From Thermodesulfobacteriota bacterium (GTDB taxonomy: Bacteria > Desulfobacterota > RBG-13-43-22): a stretch of DNA of 64,000 bases. Positions 18,147 through 26,585 of the stretch are shown here, in pieces (position 1 is the stretch's first letter; each line of letters begins with the position of its first letter). The notes under the pieces are model-generated. The model saw only the letters and a program-made list of their open reading frames with translations, searched no databases and was not told the origin of the DNA. The DNA is taken from positions 2,835 to 66,834 of the forward strand of contig JBFMBU010000254.1 in NCBI GenBank assembly GCA_040755035.1, given 5' to 3'. The position numbers and the translations under genes are program-made.

Positions 18147-18601
18147 TTCCAAGCCAGACCTTCAAAACTCCTGATAATTTTCTGAATACTCCCTCAAGGA
18201 AACCGGTCCGGAGCAAAAAACTGGAATTATTAAACAATCCATGTTTTTTACTAATAATTTCAAGAAGATAAAATTTGGCCTTATAACCTTTTTGTAACCC
18301 CGAGTCTGCTAATAAAAAGAAATAAAAAGTTGGAAAAGGAATCTTCTGGGGAAAACTCCAGGAAATTCTATTTTCCAATCTGTAAGCAATCTGTAAGCGT
18401 TCCTGTGATAGGAAATTTATTAATAAACGATCGTCTTTTTTAAAGGAAAACAGGAGGGGTATAAGTATAAGTCCCTTGATATTCAATATGTTGCGTTGAC
18501 TGATCAATAATAAATTTATAGAGCATTTAAATTTTTAGAAATAGATAGAGATAACCGGAAATTTTTCAATAAACAATTTCATGAAAAAGGAGGGAATGGT
18601 T

Positions 18602-18916
18602 ATGGCGATTTTAAAACTGAATTGTATTTGTCCCACGGAAAGTTTTGCGGAGATAGCTAAACGTGCTCCTGAAGTAGTAGCAAAATTTCCAGTTCCTGAA
18701 CATGCGACAGTCCGCGGACCTTATATTAAAAGTACACTGGAAGGCCTGAAATGGTTTTTTATCGTTGAAGTCGAACCATCAAGAATGTACGAGGAACGGT
18801 TACGTTTGGCGGCTGTGGGAGGAGCTTATCATGGAGTCCCGGGGTACAAATGGAATATTGAATATTGGACTACCCAAGAGGATACTCAAAAACGAATAGA
18901 GATTTTCGGAAGCTGA
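18602..18916 (+). CDS. Hypothetical small cytoplasmic protein
   Basis: MAILKLNCICPTESFAEIAKRAPEVVAKF...; AGGAGG lies 8 nt upstream of ATG 18602. I recognise no family. Confidence 0.5.
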   Translation: MAILKLNCICPTESFAEIAKRAPEVVAKFPVPEHATVRGPYIKSTLEGLKWFFIVEVEPSRMYEERLRLAAVGGAYHGVPGYKWNIEYWTTQEDTQKRIEIFGS

Positions 18917-19052
18917 GTTCACGCACTGAGACGACAAAAAGCAAATTCAGAATCGTTTTTTTTTGAAAGAGGGTTGGGGTATTGGAAAAATTAAGTTGTT
19001 TTTTGCATTAAGGATAACACCGAATATTCACTTACCAAAAAGGAGGCTGACC

Positions 19053-19907
19053 ATGTTTAATCAAAAAAATTTGTTTTCCGTATTGTTTGTGATTTTGGGT
19101 TTGGTTATGGTTATTCCGGTTGCCCAGGCGGAGCGGCAAGAATTGGAAGGGATTGGCTGTGCTTCAAACACATTTACTACAGTGCAAAACAATCCAGGGC
19201 AGATATATATTGGAACTTGGGAGGGAAAGGGTATCTTTCGGAGCACCCATAAGAATAAAATTAACGACAATAATACCTTTCATCAGGTGGGAATAACAAA
19301 GGGATCTCAAGCCTTTGGAGGATTATTTTGGCATGGATATTCGAAGAACATGAGTCAAAACGGAGATTTTGCTATTTGGGAAATTTCCGGAAATAACAAG
19401 GATGGATCAAGATCAAAGCTGATTTATGGCACCGGAAAATATAAGGATGCCAAAGGCGAGATGATGCATAAAGTCATCACTAAGGGAAGACCGGTTGTCG
19501 AAAACACTGAACAGGTTTGCCAACAGAGTGTGGGCTGGATTGAACTTTCTGCCGCATCGACATCCTCCTCTACCCCGGCTTTTAAACCGATCCGGGATTT
19601 TAAGGAAATCGCCGGGAAATGGGAAGGGAAACTGGACGGTCCGGGCTGGAGCACCAAAATGACCGTTATCTTCAATAACGATGGTACAGGTGACAGTTTT
19701 GTTTCCCAGGACAGTTCGATTTTTATGTATTCAGAAAAGGGCCGTTTTCCTATAGAGCGAAAGTTGGTAGATGGTAAAATTCGTACCAAGAACTTGCTTT
19801 CTGGTGGGACCGGGTTTACTACCTTGCACGAAGAAGGCGGTAAAAGATTTTTAAAAAGTCAAACCGATGATGGAGCACAAATAGGAATTTATGAACTCGT
19901 AAAATAA
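19053..19907 (+). CDS. Secreted protein of unknown function
   Basis: The signal peptide is MFNQKNLFSVLFVILGLVMVIPVAQA|ER, with an AGGAGG Shine-Dalgarno. The sequence is Gly/Lys/Thr-rich and looks beta-like. Confidence 0.65.
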   Translation: MFNQKNLFSVLFVILGLVMVIPVAQAERQELEGIGCASNTFTTVQNNPGQIYIGTWEGKGIFRSTHKNKINDNNTFHQVGITKGSQAFGGLFWHGYSKNMSQNGDFAIWEISGNNKDGSRSKLIYGTGKYKDAKGEMMHKVITKGRPVVENTEQVCQQSVGWIELSAASTSSSTPAFKPIRDFKEIAGKWEGKLDGPGWSTKMTVIFNNDGTGDSFVSQDSSIFMYSEKGRFPIERKLVDGKIRTKNLLSGGTGFTTLHEEGGKRFLKSQTDDGAQIGIYELVK

Positions 19908-19940
19908 TCATTTTACAATATCAAAAAGGAGGATAAGGGA

Positions 19941-20240
19941 ATGTACACATTGGTTCGAACGATAGGGCTTATACCCGGACCGGCTACCGAGGCCTTTCAA
20001 GTTGCACTGGAAATTACAGAATACCTGAACAAAAACTATTCGACTAATTTAAAGGTTTTCATCCCCATATTCACCACATTGTCAAAGGTTGCCTGGATAG
20101 GGAATTACGAGAACCTGAGTATAATTGAGGAGATTAACCGAAAACTCAGAACGGATCAGGGGTATTGGGCGCTGGTAGCTAAAATGGGGGAAAAAGTAAT
20201 CGAAGGTTCCGGAAAGGATGAATTGTTTCAATCCTTATAA
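19941..20240 (+). CDS. Hypothetical small protein (possibly alpha+beta ferredoxin-like fold)
   Basis: A 99-aa protein with an AGGAGG Shine-Dalgarno and no signal peptide. I recognise no family. Confidence 0.5.
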   Translation: MYTLVRTIGLIPGPATEAFQVALEITEYLNKNYSTNLKVFIPIFTTLSKVAWIGNYENLSIIEEINRKLRTDQGYWALVAKMGEKVIEGSGKDELFQSL

Positions 20241-20255
20241 CCCCAGACAAGGGAG

Positions 20256-20469
20256 AGCCTCCTTGCCGGAATGGAAGAAATGGTCTAACGATCAGGGGGG
20301 ACCCAAGAAAATTGCATTCAATGCCTCTTTTGACAAAGCGGATATAACGATGATGAACGAAGAACTGACCATAGAAGGAGTCTTTGCTGAACTTAACAAG
20401 ACCATCAGTTCGCTTCCACCAAATGCTCAAAAGGCAGCCAAGGGCTTTCAATGGAACAGGCCTTGGTAG
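20256..20469 (+). pseudogene. C-terminal fragment of a second carboxylesterase copy
   Basis: ASLPEWKKWSNDQGGPKKIAFNASFDKADITMMNEELTIEGVFAELNKTISSLPPNAQKAAKGFQWNRPW is near-identical to the last ~70 aa of the 20977-22782 esterase. There is no catalytic domain upstream. Confidence 0.75.
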
Positions 20470-20493
20470 GGATAGGGAGAAAAGGAGGAAGAC

Positions 20494-20862
20494 ATGAAAA
20501 AAGTATTTTCTTATATTTTGATGTTCTTTGTAGTTTTAAGTCTGGTTACAGTGGTTTCTGTCACTCAAGCGGCAGATACCCTAACCGGAACCTGGGATTT
20601 GGAAGTTACCTCCACCAGCGGCAAATACAACCCAACATTTATCTTACAACAAGATGATAAAGAAATTACTGGCAACAATTTTTTCGTGGGAGGAAGTGCC
20701 GCTAAAATAAGAGGAAAAATCCAGGGAAGCGATTTCCAGCTTACTTATAAGATAGGACACATTGTAATATACAAAGGAAAGATCGAGGGAGACCAGATCA
20801 GTGGTTCCGTCGATTTGGGACCTAACGATAAAGGCACCTTCACTGGGGTAAGAAAAAAATAA
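20494..20862 (+). CDS. Small secreted protein, paralogue pair A (copy 1)
   Basis: The signal peptide MKKVFSYILMFFVVLSLVTVVSVTQA is nearly identical to that of 22807-23175. The mature part is TGTWDLEV...ITG...KIRGKIQGSDFQLTY...YKGKIEGDQISG. Confidence 0.7.
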   Translation: MKKVFSYILMFFVVLSLVTVVSVTQAADTLTGTWDLEVTSTSGKYNPTFILQQDDKEITGNNFFVGGSAAKIRGKIQGSDFQLTYKIGHIVIYKGKIEGDQISGSVDLGPNDKGTFTGVRKK

Positions 20863-20976
20863 GGGGTTTTTCTAAGTGGAAAGAGGGTAATTCTTCCTCC
20901 ATTTATACACATCGTAGTGACCGAACCTATTTTTCAAATATTTTAATTCAGAATAAGAAGAAGGGGGGAAATTCAA

Positions 20977-22782
20977 ATGAAAAGATTTATATCTCTTTCT
21001 GGACAAATTGGAATAAGTTTTATCATCATTTGCCTCGTACTTTTTGCCGGATGCGCAGGCGTCCAAACCTCGGGCAAGACGGCTATTGACCCAACGGTAA
21101 AAACAGCGTTTGGTCAAATTAAAGGTTTTGTAGATCAGGGCACCCTTATCTGGAAAGGTGTTCCTTTTGCCAGTCCCCCGGTAGGCTCTTTACGCTGGGC
21201 GCCACCCAAGGATCCGGTGCCCTGGGATGGTATCAGGGAAGCGACAACATCCGCCAAGAAGTGTACACAGCTTCAGACTACAATTGATTGGATTCGTACA
21301 GGGAAATTGGATCCGGACAGCAGTGAGGATTGCCTATACCTTGATATCTATCGCCCGGAACGTCCCATACACCAGGGTCTACTCCCGGTGTATGTCTATA
21401 TCCATGGGGGCTCTAACTTTGGGGGATCTGCCAGTCAATATGATGGTAAGGTCCTGGCGAAACAATCGGACGTCGTGGCAGTTTTCGTCCAGTACCGGCT
21501 CGGACCTATGGGATGGTTCTTTCATCCGGCGATTCAGACCGGTGGGACGAACCGACTGACCGATTCGGGAAATTTCGGGACCCTTGACAATGTTCAGGCC
21601 CTGAAATGGATTCAGAAAAACATACAATCTTTTGGAGGGGACCCCCGTAATGTAACCATAACCGGAGAATCTGCCGGTGCACACAATGTCATGAATTTAG
21701 TTGTGTCTCCTCAGGGCAAGGGGTTATTCCATCAAGCCATGTCCCAAAGTGGTGGCATGGCTACTGTAACAACAACTTCAGCTCGAAATTCTGCCAATGT
21801 AATTATTGAAAAGATCATCAGGTATAAAGAGAATGTCGGGGTAGCGGAGGCTACGGCACGCCGCACAGCCATGGAAAACGACGGGACACTTAAGGCCTTT
21901 TTAAATGAAATAGATTCAGGTACGTTCTGCATGGCCCAACTTAAATTTCTCCCAATGCCGCCTTTTCCTGCAATCGAAGACGGAACGGTAATCCCAAAGG
22001 GGGGTTGGATGCCCACTATTAAGGCAAAAGCACACAATATGGTCCCGATTATACTTGGCAGCAATGAATACGAAACCAAACCTTTTATGCCCCTATATTT
22101 TGGAATGGTTAAACCGTTGGGAGTACCTTCCAGTACTTATACCTGGTTTAATTTAACTGATGTCTTCAAAGGGAAACAAAAACCTGATGGAGGGATGATT
22201 ACCGTCAATGATGTCCTTCCAACCCAGGCCGACAAAGACCTTTATGAGATCACGGGTTATCATGGGAGCCGGAACTGGACGGCCAAGTATGTAGATACAG
22301 TTGCCCGTGAATTGGCAAAAGTGCAAGACAACGTTTATGCTTACTTTTTTAGATGGGGAGGGAAAGGCTCCGGGCCGTCACCTTTCGATTTTGTATACGG
22401 GGCTGGGCATGGGGGAGAGATTCCTTTCTTTTTTGGGACGGAAAAAGGCCTCTTTGGTTACCCTTTTGTCCCCGCCAACGAGGCTGGCCGGAAAGAACTT
22501 CAGAAGGGCATGATGAAATATCTTGAGAATTTTGCCTGGTCCGGTAATCAGAACAACCCAAGCGGGAAAGCCTCCTTGCCGGAATGGAAGAAATGGTCTA
22601 ACGATCAGGTTGGGCCCAAGAAAATAGTATTCAATGCCTCTTTTGAAAAGGCGAATATAACGATGATGAACGAAGAACTGACCATAGAAGGAGTCTTTGC
22701 TGAACTTAACAAGACCATCAGTTCGCTTCCACCAAATGCTCAAAAGGCAGCCAAGGGCTTTCAATGGAACAGGCCTTGGTAG
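20977..22782 (+). CDS. Type-B carboxylesterase/lipase, probable lipoprotein
   Basis: It has a lipobox LFAGC, EDCLYLDIYRP, HGGSNFGGSA and the nucleophile motif GESAGA. Confidence 0.9.
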   Translation: MKRFISLSGQIGISFIIICLVLFAGCAGVQTSGKTAIDPTVKTAFGQIKGFVDQGTLIWKGVPFASPPVGSLRWAPPKDPVPWDGIREATTSAKKCTQLQTTIDWIRTGKLDPDSSEDCLYLDIYRPERPIHQGLLPVYVYIHGGSNFGGSASQYDGKVLAKQSDVVAVFVQYRLGPMGWFFHPAIQTGGTNRLTDSGNFGTLDNVQALKWIQKNIQSFGGDPRNVTITGESAGAHNVMNLVVSPQGKGLFHQAMSQSGGMATVTTTSARNSANVIIEKIIRYKENVGVAEATARRTAMENDGTLKAFLNEIDSGTFCMAQLKFLPMPPFPAIEDGTVIPKGGWMPTIKAKAHNMVPIILGSNEYETKPFMPLYFGMVKPLGVPSSTYTWFNLTDVFKGKQKPDGGMITVNDVLPTQADKDLYEITGYHGSRNWTAKYVDTVARELAKVQDNVYAYFFRWGGKGSGPSPFDFVYGAGHGGEIPFFFGTEKGLFGYPFVPANEAGRKELQKGMMKYLENFAWSGNQNNPSGKASLPEWKKWSNDQVGPKKIVFNASFEKANITMMNEELTIEGVFAELNKTISSLPPNAQKAAKGFQWNRPW

Positions 22783-22806
22783 GGATAGGGAGAAAAGGAG
22801 GAAGAC

Positions 22807-23175
22807 ATGAAAAAAGTATTTTCTTATATTTTGACGTTCTTTGTAGTTTTAAGTCTGGTTACAGTGGTTTCTGTCACTCAAGCGGCGGATAGTATGACCG
22901 GAACCTGGCGTGTAAATGTTCAAGACCCTCCCGACCCCAGGGCGGCCATTTTAACTTTTATTTTGCAACAAGAGGGCGAACAAATTGTTGGGACCCTTCA
23001 CGGGCCGTACGGAGAAAAGAAAGTTAAAGGTAAAATTCAAGGTACCGATTTCGAATTAAAATATTTTTCCGTTATTAATATAACGTATAAAGGAAAGGTT
23101 GAAAGTAACAAGATCAGCGGTACCGTTGACTTTGAAAATGTCGGGTTGAGATCCTTCAAGGGTGAAAAGCAATAG
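22807..23175 (+). CDS. Small secreted protein, paralogue pair A (copy 2)
   Basis: It has the same signal peptide and the same length (122 aa) as 20494-20862. The mature part is diverged (TGTWRVNV...IVGTLHG...KVKGKIQGTDFELKY). Confidence 0.7.
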   Translation: MKKVFSYILTFFVVLSLVTVVSVTQAADSMTGTWRVNVQDPPDPRAAILTFILQQEGEQIVGTLHGPYGEKKVKGKIQGTDFELKYFSVINITYKGKVESNKISGTVDFENVGLRSFKGEKQ

Positions 23176-23260
23176 AATTCAATATATTGTGTATTATTTT
23201 TTATTTAATGGTCAGATAGTCAAGATAACCTGTCTTCCAGCAACGCCACTTTTATCTAAA

Positions 23261-23367
23261 GGAGAGGCAAGGATATGGAGGAAATTTGAAACCCTCGTTT
23301 CTCAATTAAGAACTGGGGGTTTTTTTATAGAGGTCAACATCAAATCATACAAAAGGAGGGAATAATC
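23261..23367 (+). promoter_or_regulatory. Conserved leader, copy 1 (mini-ORF, terminator-like hairpin, Shine-Dalgarno)
   Basis: About 85% identical by eye to 23978-24086. It contains ATG GAG GAA ATT TGA (23275-23289), the hairpin CCCTCGTTTCT/AGAACTGGGGG (23292-23319) with a T7 run, and then ATAGAGGTCAACATCAAATCATA. Confidence 0.5.
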
Positions 23368-23871
23368 ATGGTCGCAAAGAAATCGTTGATTTTTGCAATA
23401 GGTCTTTTTGTCATTTCGGTTTGGATATGGGGTTCCGCTACCCCGGCGTTATCAGAAACTATTAACTGTAAAGGCGAAGGGAAATCGGTTCCTCTGACGA
23501 TGATAAACGATTCAACCGGTTCTATTATTGGGATTAACGAATCCAAGGGCTCTTTCACCTGTGATAGTGGTGAAACGGGTACCGAACATGATCTCCTTTT
23601 ATGGGAACAAAATGAGCGCAAGGAACTTCTTATACAAGGATACTCCATATTAACGTTTAAGGATAACTCAAAAATAATCATGAAATCTAAGTTTACCGAA
23701 ATCCCGGACCCCAAGGGTGAGGCCCAATGGATCTTTAATGGAACGTCAGATATTCTCCGTGGGAACATGCGCTTTAATGGTATTAAAGGAAGCGGTTCTT
23801 TTAAAGGCAGACAGAATGGTTATAACATTGATATGGAATGGACTCTGACTTTCACTTTGCCTAAAAAGTGA
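23368..23871 (+). CDS. Small secreted protein, paralogue pair B (copy 1)
   Basis: MVAKKSLIFAIGLFVISVWIWGSATPALS is the signal peptide. The C-terminus is ...GIKGSGSFKG...TLTFTLPKK. Confidence 0.65.
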   Translation: MVAKKSLIFAIGLFVISVWIWGSATPALSETINCKGEGKSVPLTMINDSTGSIIGINESKGSFTCDSGETGTEHDLLLWEQNERKELLIQGYSILTFKDNSKIIMKSKFTEIPDPKGEAQWIFNGTSDILRGNMRFNGIKGSGSFKGRQNGYNIDMEWTLTFTLPKK

Positions 23872-23977
23872 TCTATGAGATTAAAAAATAAAGCGCGGGG
23901 TTAAACACAGTCCACTCTGATTTAGTTTTTCATTATACCAACTTCAAATAATAATTATGAACCTTTGAGTAATTATT

Positions 23978-24086
23978 AGGGAGGCAAGGATATGTAGGAA
24001 ATTTGAAACCCACGTTTTTGAGTTAAGAGGTAGGTTTTTTGTTTTATAGAGGTCAACATCAAATCATAAAAAAGGAGAAAATGACC
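23978..24086 (+). promoter_or_regulatory. Conserved leader, copy 2
   Basis: It has the same block as 23261-23367. The mini-ORF is destroyed (ATG TAG), but a hairpin (24009-24034) plus T-run are retained with base changes. Confidence 0.5.
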
Positions 24087-24596
24087 ATGGCTACAAAAAA
24101 ATCAACCGTTATTCTGTTCGGAATTTTGGTGGTCTTAGCCTGGGTCCTGGGGTCTCCCATTCTGGCAGGGGCCGAGACAAAGAATTTCAAGTATTTTAGC
24201 TACCCGAGTAAAGTAGAGACATTTCTGGTTGGGGATGTAGATGGACACAGGGTTTCTTTTAGTGTTGGGAAAACTTTCTTTTTGCTCGAAGACGGAGACA
24301 TAGCGGTTTCAAATCAGGTTGTTACATCAGATATGATTAAATTTTTAGGTTCTTGGAACCAATATGGAATTTGGAAATTTACAGATGGTTCAACTATTAC
24401 CCTCAAGGTTCAAGGTACCCTTGAGGAGGGAGGAAAAGCCAGTATAAAAAGTGAAATCATCAAGGGCACAGGCAGATTTGAGGGAGCTAAGGGAAGTTCA
24501 AGCTCTAAAATGAAATATCTTCCGATGGAAAAAGGGGACATTGCAGCAGTAGGATATGGAGAAGGTACCCTTACCTATACCTTGCCAAAAAAATAA
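24087..24596 (+). CDS. Small secreted protein, paralogue pair B (copy 2)
   Basis: MATKKSTVILFGILVVLAWVLGSPILAGA is the signal peptide. The C-terminus is ...GTGRFEGAKGSSSSK...TLTYTLPKK. ATG 24087 is spaced 9 nt from AAGGAG. Confidence 0.65.
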   Translation: MATKKSTVILFGILVVLAWVLGSPILAGAETKNFKYFSYPSKVETFLVGDVDGHRVSFSVGKTFFLLEDGDIAVSNQVVTSDMIKFLGSWNQYGIWKFTDGSTITLKVQGTLEEGGKASIKSEIIKGTGRFEGAKGSSSSKMKYLPMEKGDIAAVGYGEGTLTYTLPKK

Positions 24597-24617
24597 TTAT
24601 TAATACCAGGGTAATTA

Positions 24618-24694
24618 GGACGTTGTCCACCGAGTTCACTTTTTATTAATTAGCATGATTCCAATATATTTCCTGAAGTCAGTGGACAACATCC
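24618..24694. repeat. Long inverted repeat (REP-like pair) between convergent genes
   Basis: GGACGTTGTCCACCGAGTTC (24618-24637) pairs with GAAGTCAGTGGACAACATCC (24675-24694), 17/20 complementary with a 37-nt AT-rich loop. The core GGACGTTGT resembles the RAYT-element repeats. Confidence 0.6.
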
Positions 24695-24815
24695 CTTAAT
24701 CCGTCTTTAACCGCACTTTTTTCCCTTCTTTTTTTGTCTCATGATATGGCAGTTAGGACTGGGACCATCTCCTCTTCCTCATCCCTCCTTTCTCGTGGAA
24801 CTTCGGCTTCCGCAG

Positions 24816-26585
24816 TCACTCTCCATTTTTATTATACTGCAACTGGTAAAGCCGGTAATAAAACCCTTTTCTCAGCATCAACGTTTCATGGCTGCCGTCC
24901 TCCACCAGCCGTCCTTCATGCAAAACCAGGATCCTGCGGGCCTGGCGCAGGGTGAAGAGACGATGGGCGATAATCAGAGCGGTCCGGCCTTGGAGCAGCC
25001 GGGAAAGGGCCTCCTGGGCCAGGGTTTCGGTGTAGGTGTCCACCTGGGAGGTAGCCTCATCCAGGACCAGGATGCGGGGATTGCGGACCATGACCCGGGC
25101 TAGGGCTACCAGTTGCTGTTCCCCGGCGGAGAGGGCGTTCATGGAGCGGAGCTCTTTTTTTTCCAGCACAGGACCTAAATGTACGGCATCAACTATTTTA
25201 TCCCATTGGATGTCTGGATGGTAACCCTCTTGGAGCAATATGTTTTCCCGCAGGTCCCCGGAAAAGAGGACCGTTTCCTGCGGCACCAGTCCGATCAGAG
25301 AGCGGAGTTGTTTCTTGGGCAGGCCCCTGATATCCCGGCCGTCGATCAGGATCCTTCCCGCCTGGGGTGTATAAAAACCCTCGATCAGACGAATCAGAGT
25401 GCTTTTCCCCCCGCCGGTCATGCCCACAATGGCGGTCACCTCTCCGGCCGGGATGGTGAAGGAAAGATCCTTGATCACCGGGTTGCCCGGGGTGTAGGCA
25501 AAACGGACTTTTTCAAAACAAATTTCCCCTTTAAAAGAATCATCGGCTTCTCCGGCGGAAAAGGGGACGTCTTCCTCGGCCTTTTCATCCATGATCTCGA
25601 AGATTCGCTCCAGGGAGGCCATGGCCGACTGCATGACACTGTATTTTTCGGTCATTTCCCTCAAGGGCCGAAAGAACATCTGGATATAGGAGAGAAAGGC
25701 CACCAGAGACCCCAGGGTCAGGGTCTGTTGAAGCACCTGCCCCCCACCACGCCAGATCAGAAGGGCCACGGCCAGGGTGGAAATGAGCTCCATCAGGGGC
25801 ATAAAAAGGGCAAAGACCCGGACCTGATAGAGACCGGCCTGAAAAGCCTGATGGTTTACCAGCCGGAAATCATCATTTCTTTTTTTCTCCCGCACCAGAA
25901 TCTGGATCAGGGCCAGCCCGGAGAGGCTTTCCTGTAAGAAGGCGTTCAACTGGGCCACCCTCTGGCGCAGGTCTCGAAAGGCGTTCCGGGCCTTGCGGCT
26001 GAAGAAACGGGCAGCGATAAAAATCACCGGGATCAGGGTGAAGGTTACCAGAGCCAGTTTCGCATTTAAATAAAACAGAACAGCCAGGATGCCCAGGGCC
26101 AGAAAGAGGTCTTTGAACAGAGTGGCCAGCAGGGATTTGACCATCTCATTCAGATTTTCAATATCATTGGTGGCTCGTGTGGCCAACCGGCCAATGGAAT
26201 GTTTTTGATAATAGTCCAGGGGCAGGGCAATAAGATGGGAAAAGAGCTTCAGACGCAGGGCATGCATGACCCGTTGTCCCAGCTTTTCCAGGACCATGGC
26301 CTGAAAGTACTGGAGACCAAAATTGAGGGAAAGAACCAAAAACAGGACCAGGGCGATTGGCCGCAATCCCTTCCAGTCCCCGGCCAGGATGTGCCGGTCG
26401 ATGGCTGTTTTGACCAGATAGGGCGGAATCAGATCCAGCAGGGTCAAACCGATGGAAAGGGAAACCCCGGCCAGCCAATGCCCCCGCCAGGGCCACAAAA
26501 AGGGAAAGAGCCTTTTCAACAGGCCGAAATCATAGGGACGTCCCAGACGGTCATCCTCAATATAGCCAAAATCACCCGGCGGCAT
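24816..26585 (-). CDS. ABC exporter, fused permease/ATPase (MsbA/MdlB-like), subunit 2
   Basis: A 6-TM domain plus Walker A GMTGGGKST, signature LSAGEQQ and Walker B ILVLDEATS. Confidence 0.9.
   Translation of the reverse strand: MPPGDFGYIEDDRLGRPYDFGLLKRLFPFLWPWRGHWLAGVSLSIGLTLLDLIPPYLVKTAIDRHILAGDWKGLRPIALVLFLVLSLNFGLQYFQAMVLEKLGQRVMHALRLKLFSHLIALPLDYYQKHSIGRLATRATNDIENLNEMVKSLLATLFKDLFLALGILAVLFYLNAKLALVTFTLIPVIFIAARFFSRKARNAFRDLRQRVAQLNAFLQESLSGLALIQILVREKKRNDDFRLVNHQAFQAGLYQVRVFALFMPLMELISTLAVALLIWRGGGQVLQQTLTLGSLVAFLSYIQMFFRPLREMTEKYSVMQSAMASLERIFEIMDEKAEEDVPFSAGEADDSFKGEICFEKVRFAYTPGNPVIKDLSFTIPAGEVTAIVGMTGGGKSTLIRLIEGFYTPQAGRILIDGRDIRGLPKKQLRSLIGLVPQETVLFSGDLRENILLQEGYHPDIQWDKIVDAVHLGPVLEKKELRSMNALSAGEQQLVALARVMVRNPRILVLDEATSQVDTYTETLAQEALSRLLQGRTALIIAHRLFTLRQARRILVLHEGRLVEDGSHETLMLRKGFYYRLYQLQYNKNGE

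Noticed and set aside
18073-18507. A 144-aa minus-strand ORF in the AT-rich desert.
   Set aside because: Its Phe/Leu/Lys/Ile-rich composition is typical of AT-rich non-coding DNA. It has no Shine-Dalgarno and contains a strong plus-strand terminator, so it was not called. It remains the alternative to the sRNA hypothesis.
15719-24700. A tRNA-Leu-anchored integrative island.
   Set aside because: There is no integrase and no direct repeat of the tRNA 3' end at the distal boundary. The intervening csp gene looks like core genome.
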